A program made the position numbers and the translations under genes. A stretch of DNA of 64,000 bases. It comes from Macrostomum lignano. Lineage: Eukaryota. Location: NCBI GenBank assembly GCA_002269645.1, contig NIVC01003473.1, positions 1-64,000 of the forward strand. Direction: 5' to 3'. Under the pieces are notes generated by a model that did not search any database, was not told the origin of the DNA, and worked only from the letters and a program-made list of their open reading frames with translations. Position 1 is the first letter of the stretch. The number at the start of each line of letters is the position of its first letter. Positions 27,118-64,000 of the stretch are shown piece after piece.

Positions 27118-28930
27118 CTCCGAAACAACGACAAAATTGTCACTAAGCCTGCAGATAAGGGCAGCAACATGGTCATCCTAAACCTCGAAGACTACATCCG
27201 TGAAGTGAATAGACAACTTTCGAACACGACTTTTTACCAGCCTGTGGACTCAGCTTCAAGCACTCACACGGGTTCTCTGATCAAGCAGATCTTTCAAGAA
27301 CTGAAGGAGCAAAAGCTAATTACAAACCACCAATACTTCCAGCTTATTCCACCTCTTGAACCTCGCGATCGGATTTTCTATTTGCTCCCAAAGATCCACA
27401 AGGATCCTAAATCATGGCCGATTCCCACAATCCCACCTGGACGGCCGATTGTCTCCGACTGCAACTCCGAAAGCTACATGAGCGCAAGGTTTATCGACCT
27501 CTTTCTACAACCGATTGCCAAGGAACAGGACTCTTTCATCCGCGACACCGATCACTTCCAAGCGGTCATTGACGGTTTGTACTTTGCTAAGGACAGTGTC
27601 CTCTTGGCTACAATGGACGTTGAGTCCCTTTACACAAACATCCCAACCGAGAGAGGTATGGATGCAGTGAGGGACGCTTTTCAAAAGTTCCCAGCGCCGA
27701 CAAGGCCAGACCGACAGCTGCTTGACCTCTTAGACATTAACCTTAACCAGAATGATTTCGTCTTCAATAACAAGCGGTATCTGCAGATCGAGGGCACTAG
27801 CATGGGGAAAGCCTTTGCACCCTCCTACGCCAACATCTTTATGGCGGACTGGGAGTCTAGAGCCCTGGAAACCGCACCTTTTGCTCCTCGACTGTATAAA
27901 CGCTATATTGACGACGTCTTCATGGTCTTCGTTGGCGAGGAGTCGCAGCTGGAGGAGCTGCACAGACACCTGAATGGCTTCGATAGTAACATTCGGCTCA
28001 CTTTGAATTACAGCCGTGAAAAAGTTCACTTTCTTGACTGCTACGTTTCTCTGACTGATGAAGGAGACATGAAAAAGCTGACTTGCTCAATCTATTCTAA
28101 GCCCACCGACTCACGCCAACCCTTAGACCCGTCCTCATTCCATCCCAAACACACCTTCAAGGGGATCATGAAATCCCGATTTCTCCGCTACGCACGTCGA
28201 TGCACATTCAAGGCAGATTTTGATGAGGCTAGCAGCAGTCTGTTGGGCATCCTAAAGAGACAAGGACACTCAGTTCGGTTGATCCGAGACGCTAAGAAAT
28301 CCGCCCTTACCCAGCTGGGGTTCTACACCGACTGGCAATGGGAGTTCGACTTTCAAGATTGCGGCATTCAAAGCTGCTACTTATGCAAAGAACACAGCCA
28401 ATGGGGCCAAGTCTGTCCAGGCTCAAAGTCTACGAAAATGATCTACAGAACCTGCCGGAAAGTCAGCTGTGACTCTCGAAACGCTGTCTATGCAATTCTT
28501 TGAAAAGCCTGCAGCGGCCACTGTGTCTACATAGGCGAGATGGGTGGAGCTCTAAAAGTTAGGCTCATGGCCCACCTGAGCGACATTAGACTCGCTAAAG
28601 ACACCCGGTCTCAAGACATTTCTGCTCGTTTAACCACAACATTAAAGATCTCCGCTTCATGGGACTGTGGTAATCAACTTGCTGAGCACTTGGACACCTG
28701 CTGGTCTCAACACAGCTGACAGTAGCAGAAGTGCTTGCATTCCGATTGTGATTCCATTCACGGACCACTCCGCCAATATTGTACACAAAATACGCACAAC
28801 CATCTCTGAGCATGCACGAGAGCTAAGCACGGTGGCTGCGTACACCAGGTCACGCTCTCTTAAGGACATTCTCTGTCCGTCCAAACTGCCTGCCCTAATC
28901 AATAACACAAATGAACCACCTTTCGGGTGA
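27118..28930 (+). pseudogene. PLE reverse transcriptase + GIY-YIG endonuclease ORF, disrupted
   Basis: RT motifs GRPIVS, DVESLYTNIP, GTSMGKAFAPSYANIFM, YKRYIDDVF, FLD, YSKPTD, HP. In-frame TGA at 28501-28503 where a CxxC Cys is expected (AIL*KAC), then VYIGEM..LKVRL.AH. Frameshift near 28605 (TPVSRHF in the shifted frame), then LLSTWTPAGLN. Confidence 0.9.
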
Positions 28931-29087
28931 ATAATTGTACATGCAGAGCTAGATCGCCAACGTGCCGGTTCGGCACCCTGCTCAACCAACTTATGCTTTT
29001 ATACCTGCTCAAATTTACTAACTCTTCACTTTTCACTTTTTTAATTAGCTTTTTTTTGGATTTTTGTTGTTATTAAATAAATAATTA

Positions 29088-29126
29088 AACCCTGAAGAAG
29101 GCCTAGCCTAGGCCGAAATATCGGTT
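29088..29126 (+). ncRNA. Minimal type I hammerhead ribozyme
   Basis: Stem I AACC/GGTT, core CTGAAGA, stem II GGCCTA-GCC-TAGGCC, GAAA, palindromic mini stem III ATAT, cleavage triplet ATC (after C29122). Confidence 0.85.
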
Positions 29127-29234
29127 CCAATAAACCTAGTCGAACTGTGTGCGTGGATTTTTCCTTTGCTTTCATATCTATCTATCTATCTATCTGTCTA
29201 ATTATCTAATCTATTTAACTATTTCGTCTGTCCT

Positions 29235-29328
29235 ACTGTCTGTCTCACTGTCTGTCTGTCTGTGTGTCTGTCTGTGTGTCTGTCTGTCTGTCTGTCTGTG
29301 TGTCTGTCTGTCTATGTGTCTGTCTGTG

Positions 29329-29368
<40 letters not shown>

Positions 29369-29454
29369 CCTGTCTGTCTGTCTGACTGTCTGTCTGTCTG
29401 TCTGTCTGTCCCTGTCTGTCTGTCTGACTGTCTGTCTGTCTGTCTGTCTGTCCC

Positions 29455-29490
<36 letters not shown>

Positions 29491-29517
29491 CCTGTCTGTC
29501 TGTCTGACTGTCTGTCT
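29235..29517. repeat. (TGTC)n microsatellite
   Basis: Direct reading. Confidence 0.95.
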
Positions 29518-29918
29518 TTAACCTGCCTGTTCGCTGATATCCAATCAGATCGCAGCAGCAGAGCAGTTCGCCCTGCAGTCTCACCTAACGCGTTCCTCCT
29601 CTATCACCATTGGCCCAGTTTGGAGCAGGCGTAGCTTGAGGTCGAGTCATGGAAAATACTATTTATGACAGCTTGCCAACGCGCGGGTCTTGACTGCTTC
29701 CAGTTTCTCTACTGACTTTTTAAAGATTTTCAAAGCTTCGAAAGCTTTTCTCGCAATGGTTCTGGTGGTTGAAGACTCCCGTTTGATGGTGGCCGCTAGC
29801 CGCTCTTTTCATCGGGTAAGAAATTTTTGCTATACAAACTGGGTTTGCTGTGTTGATAGAGTTGACACGCAGCCCGACAGCTCACAGATTCAGCCTGCAT
29901 GATTCACCGCCCGACCCG

Positions 29919-30656
29919 ATGCTTCAGCCGCGCCCCCTGTCGCAGTCGGTGAACAACCACGCGCCCGCGGCAGCCCGACCCCGGCAGACCCTCCGCCCAG
30001 TGCCGAACTCCGCAGCCGCCGCGGCCGCTGAACCCGCGGCGCACTTCTCCGAGTCCATCTGCATAGGACCGGACCGACCTACCGGCTCCTCAGAGTCAGG
30101 AGGCGTCTCCACGACCACGGAATCCACTCTGCTGCACAACAGCCGGCTGTTCCAGCAGGAAGTCCGGCTGCAGCTGCAGCCGCAGGCGCTGGTGACCCGC
30201 CGGTTGCAGCTGATGACGACTCCCGACGGCCGGACGGTCACCCGGCAGAGTGTCGCCTACGGGCCGCGCTGGGTGGAGACCGGCCGGTCGCAGGCCGAGC
30301 GCGTCGACCCCGACGCCGCGCCGCTGCTGTTCTTCACCAGCCGCGTGAGCCGGGGGGGCACGCGTCGGCAGTTCCGCTGCGAGCTGAGCTTGCCGAGGCT
30401 GAAGACTTTGAGCAGCGCGGACACCCAGCTGGCTAAGGGGATACTTGAGCACATTCGAAAGCAGAGAAGTCACCTGTGCGAGCGGTTCTTCATGCTCAAC
30501 GTGAATAACAATGAGGCCACGGTGCCGCTGTCCGTGTTCAGGATGATCACAGGAGACTCGGCGAGCCAGAAGCAGCAAAGGCAGCAGCAACCGAAGCAGA
30601 AGCGGCAGAAACTCTGCGCCTCAGCTGCGCCGCGGCTGGAACTGAAGGCGTCATGA
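29919..30656 (+). CDS. Hypothetical protein (245 aa), no recognised family; basic C-terminal NLS-like PKQKRQK
   Basis: Long non-repetitive GC-rich ORF with GC3 bias like neighbouring genes. Upstream donor CGG|GTAAGA (29817) and acceptor TCACAG (~29887) suggest a 5'UTR intron. CCAAT motifs at ~29540 and ~29609. Start codon uncertain. Confidence 0.55.
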   Translation: MLQPRPLSQSVNNHAPAAARPRQTLRPVPNSAAAAAAEPAAHFSESICIGPDRPTGSSESGGVSTTTESTLLHNSRLFQQEVRLQLQPQALVTRRLQLMTTPDGRTVTRQSVAYGPRWVETGRSQAERVDPDAAPLLFFTSRVSRGGTRRQFRCELSLPRLKTLSSADTQLAKGILEHIRKQRSHLCERFFMLNVNNNEATVPLSVFRMITGDSASQKQQRQQQPKQKRQKLCASAAPRLELKAS

Positions 30657-30669
30657 CTGACTGTCTGCC

Positions 30670-30750
<81 letters not shown>

Positions 30751-30814
30751 GCCTGCCTGCCTGTCTGTCTGTGTGTCTGTCTGTCTGTCTGTCTTAGTGT
30801 CTGACTGACTGACT

Positions 30815-30845
<31 letters not shown>
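30655..30845. repeat. (TGTC)n microsatellite
   Basis: Direct reading. Confidence 0.95.
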
Positions 30846-30847
<2 letters not shown>

Positions 30848-31467
30848 CATTTTGACATTATCCTAATTAAGTCTGCACTTACACTTCTAAAACTTTATTG
30901 ACAGTGAATTTAAGAAACGATGTCTTGAACGAGTCCATGGGAGCAGCTAATGAGCATGCAATGGCATTAAGCATGAATTCGTGTAGCACATGTGTCCTGA
31001 AATATAATTATTTTCCTAAACTTAACTACGCTTGTCAAATATTTACTCTTTTTAGCGTCTTCTTTTGAAGAGGTATAACTTTAACAACACATAAAATTAG
31101 ATAAAATTAAAATGAAACTGTCCATAATGCCTTACTGATAAATGAATATCAGTAGTAAACTGCGAATATTGCAGTCTTGATATGCAATAAACAGAATATT
31201 TCTCGCTATTGCTGTCCGCCAATGAAGAGGAGGCAAATTCGTCAGCCAATCAGAGATCTTCAAATAGAGCAGCTTTTTGGAGAATAAAACTCAGTTCCGA
31301 TAGCTTGAAAATGTTGAGCAGTCACTCCAAACACCATTGCCACTTTGAAGAATGCCGCTATAGCCTGATGCTTTCGAAGCTCGAGAACCTTCCTACTCTA
31401 CAGGGTTGATCAAACCCGTTGTTATTTTTTTCATCGGCTGACGAACCACCGGCTGCTCGCAGTCAGG

Positions 31468-60728
<29,261 letters not shown>

Positions 60729-62047
60729 AATTCTGTCCAAACCATTTGTTTCTTGACCTGAATTATGATTCAGACGCTTGCATCGTCATATTTCTACTTT
60801 TAGTAGCCAAAAAACAGAACACATGAAGGGCATCCTGTACAGAGCTGATTGCAAATAATTCGAATTCGCTTGTTGAATTACAGACGAGGTCCCGTGACTC
60901 GACGCAGGTTGCTACTAAACTGTGTGTGCGCAAAAATGCAAATTTTAGATAATATTTTCTCAAGTTTAAATATATAATAATGATGAAAAATGCTGAAAAA
61001 GCAACCGAAAATTCTGGGATGCTTGCGCAGTTTTATTCCAGACGTGATTAAACAAGTGAATATAATAATAAAAACGCTGTATTAAAACGTATATAAGTTT
61101 GGCAGACTTCTTTTGTCCCATGTTGTACGAGTAGTAAGCAAGTAATCCGAAATCAACTGCAAATGAAAACAATGTGATGCGCATGTCGTACATGTAACTA
61201 GGGTACAAATTATCAAATAGGTGTGTGCATCTGATTGGAGACCTGACTGGGGTGCAAGCGAAGATACTGTTTTAAAATGGAAGACATGACATGGTTTCGA
61301 AGGTATTCAATATTGTGTTGTGTACAAAGTCACCCAGTAAACAATCATGGCGAATCGGCGCAAAAGAAAGTTCGAGCAACAACTAAATAAAAAACTACTG
61401 CTTTGGTCCAGCTATGCGTGTGGAAATACAACGGACCGTTCGATTGTGTGGCCAAGAGCTGGAATTAGTTCGAGAGAGCAGGTCATGGACAGAAAAAGTT
61501 GTCAGCCTAAATGGAACTAAACTTAAGAATAGTAGGAAAGATTGAGTTTTAAACACAATCCAAAGAAGGAAACAACCTTCTGGGTATTTTTCTAGAGAGG
61601 GGTCTCGCTATTTACTTCATTGCACCAACTACGAAATTTTGAAACAGTCTGATAAATCTTTCCTAGGGCTGCAACGATTGGCAGGTGATCAGTTGAAGAA
61701 ATCTATACTACCATTTATCTGATTTTTTGCGTACTTTTGTCTCAGTTAAAAACTCAAACGCGTCTTATTACTTTCTTTCGATTTTAGATGACAACTTGTT
61801 TGCCTCTGGCCTGCTGCCTCAAACAGATAAAAATGATCCACGATTTGCACTTCGAGTTCTACTTAGACTGAAAAAAAACAATATTATCGTACGGGGCCAC
61901 TTAAGCAGATACATGCAGCTGTGAGTATGATGATTAGGCTCTGATAACAACAGGAGGTAACACTATAACTAAGTCAGCTTGGTTGAGTATGCATCTATGC
62001 GTGATTCAATTGATCGAGTATGTAACCTTGTCTCGTCAGTAAAAGCC

Positions 62048-63511
62048 CTACCGCACCACCACGCTACTCGCGGCCTCTCCAAATCTTCCATAGGCAGACG
62101 CTGACGCCGCTGCAACAGCCGCCGTCGCCGCGGCGATTCTTTGTCGGTTTCGTCTAGCAAAAATGGCGCCAAGACCGCAGATCTGCAGCGCGGCGGCGCC
62201 CAAGCAGCATAGGGAGTAGGCGCGGAGTTCGGTGGACAGCCAGGCGTGAATCTGGGCAGCGCAACCGACAGGAAACGGGCTGGCACAATCGGCAACTTTG
62301 CCTGCGCAGCAACTGGCAGGCGGCTGAGCTTCAAAGGCCAGCCAGTCTTTAGGCGAGTCGATTCCGCAGCAGCCGAGGGCCTGCTGGGTGAGATCGATCC
62401 ACTGTTTGGCATCACCGGTCCCGTTAGAAGTGGAGTAGGCTCGCATCTCGGCCAGAAACTTCTGCCTGGCCTCCTTCTCCACCTGGGCCTGCATGACGAA
62501 GCCGGCTAGAAAGCCGGAGATCTCCATGCTGAGTAGCAGCAGGATAGCCAAGACGAGAATGAGAGTCTGGGAAGGCCAGTTGGGGTGAGGAGCGCGTTGT
62601 CTACATGTAGCGATCGAGAGTCAAATAGCATACTTTTGTGCAATAACAAAATCCACATATTCAATATGCAAGAAAACATTTGCAGAGTTTACTCGCATAA
62701 CGCGTAGCTTTCATGAGCTAGGCGTTATGCGTTGTTGCTATAAAACTATGAAAAAATATCTTTGCGTACCCATAGTAAGTTGAAGACCCTCATAATTGAC
62801 TGCAAGATACGGATGTCTTATTATATTATTAGAGTCTTAGTCCCAATGAGTTGATCTATTGTGACCATAATAATATTAATAACAACTGATTGCACCTGCT
62901 CCAATTGGGCCAGATGTGCAACCGACAACTCAGGCGCAGCTATATTTGCGCGGCTCATCTGAAGCTGCGTACGGCTGTTAAGTCCAAGGATTGAGGAGTC
63001 GTCAAACACCCTTAATTACCGCAGCTAATGCTGGCACCCATTTTACAGCTGGTTGAACTGAAGCAATGCAGAGTTAAGTGTCTTGCTCAAAGACACAAAT
63101 TGTTTCAGTGGGATAGGGAATCGAACATCCGACCTTTAAGTCGTGAGTCGACGCTTTAACCACAAGGCTACAACCCCATCACTATAGTTTCGTGTTAGAT
63201 TATAGCTGTGCAATTTATTTAAATCCCGTCAAGTCACTTTATAAGCATCGCTGACAATGCTTGTGGGGGTCGAACATGAGCTAATGCCTCACCTGAAAGC
63301 CTCCAATTCGAACTCCGCTCTGATGGTAGGCGCTGTCGGATGCCACCGCAGTGATGGCAATGGCAGCCGTTATGACAATCAAAAGCGACATAGGGAAGGT
63401 GCAGCCATATATGTCATACAGCTGGTCCTTCTGTCCCGTTAAGAAGAAGCCGCAAATGACCAGCAAAAAGCCGATGGCAAAACAGGCTACATTGTACAGA
63501 ACGAGGTACAT
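62048..63511 (-). CDS. Tetraspanin, 245 aa; exons 63511-63293 and 62566-62048
   Basis: Four hydrophobic segments. TM1 YLVLYN..C..IG..L..CG, TM3 with polar E, large extracellular loop with CCG and PASCC plus two further Cys. Donor CAG|GTGAGG and acceptor CCTTCCCAG, both phase 0; total 738 nt. Confidence 0.88.
62887..63176 (-). mobile_element. tRNA-derived SINE with CORE-like domain, copy 2 (in the tetraspanin intron)
   Basis: Clear colinear similarity to 51190-51452, including GCTGCGTACGGCTGT, CAGCTAATGCTGGCACC.ATTTTACAGCTGG, GTCTTGCTCAA.GACACAAA and GAATCGAAC (B box on minus strand). Confidence 0.8.
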
Positions 63512-64000
63512 TCTCTGCTCCTCGCTCCTCGATCGATCGTGTCTCCCTCAGCTTGGCTACGAGAAAGGCAAATGAAATCAACTGCTGTGCTGAATTTCCC
63601 TTTATACACACGCGATTGTCTTCTCGACAATCCCCCTTCTAATCTACGTGGGGCTTCTCGTCCCCCCAAAACACTATTCAACGTATTATTGCCGCTTGCG
63701 TGGGCAGAGTTTGAGAGCGGAGCTCTTCCTGACGTGCTTGGGGCTGGCAGAGCTTAATGCAGGAATTTATTGCCCAGCAGTGCTAATTCGGCTGCCTTAT
63801 TTGAATAGAAGTATATTGACAGATTTTGTCAGTGGAAACTATTATATTCATTTTGCCTGAGCTTACAAATACAGTAAACGAATGTAGTAAAAAGCATTAT
63901 TTGAGTATTCTCTCTTGTACTTAACAGCGTTTCAATAGCCAGTTGCATTCTACTCCAATAATTTTAAACAAAGTGTTTCACAAGTGTATTGAAAAAAAAT

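Larger units (their letters stand above)
27105..29190 (+). mobile_element. Penelope-like retroelement (Neptune-type), 5'-truncated and decayed
   Basis: PADKG N-terminal motif, RT, Cys-rich linker, GIY-YIG endonuclease remnants, 3' hammerhead motif, AATAAA (29129-29134) and (ATCT)n tail. Confidence 0.93.

Overview
Eukaryotic (metazoan) genomic DNA with spliceosomal introns, almost all filled with intron-specific mini/microsatellites. The style resembles a free-living flatworm such as Macrostomum (inference only). Genes reconstructed by hand from splice sites and reading frame: ATP synthase subunit c (2270-2629, +); an ELOVL4-like elongase (4 exons, 3463-7729, +, with a 1-nt frameshift); a divergent type II pantothenate-kinase-like gene (6 exons, 9985-24266, +); an orphan ORF (29919-30656, +); a 14-exon Elk/Kv12-type KCNH potassium channel (31468-60728, +, about 1132 aa); and a tetraspanin (2 exons, 62048-63511, -). 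Non-coding and mobile features: three C/D-box snoRNA copies with the SNORD74/snR64 guide (115-1428); a decayed Neptune-type Penelope-like retroelement with an apparently displaced linker segment and a minimal hammerhead ribozyme (about 27105-29190); a 9.1-kb inverted-repeat-bounded element carrying a 6.4-kb higher-order 238-bp satellite inside the PanK-like intron; two tRNA-derived CORE-type SINEs; and a MITE-like foldback. No CRISPR array or prokaryotic system is present. Most long ORFs in the supplied track are artefacts of tandem repeats.
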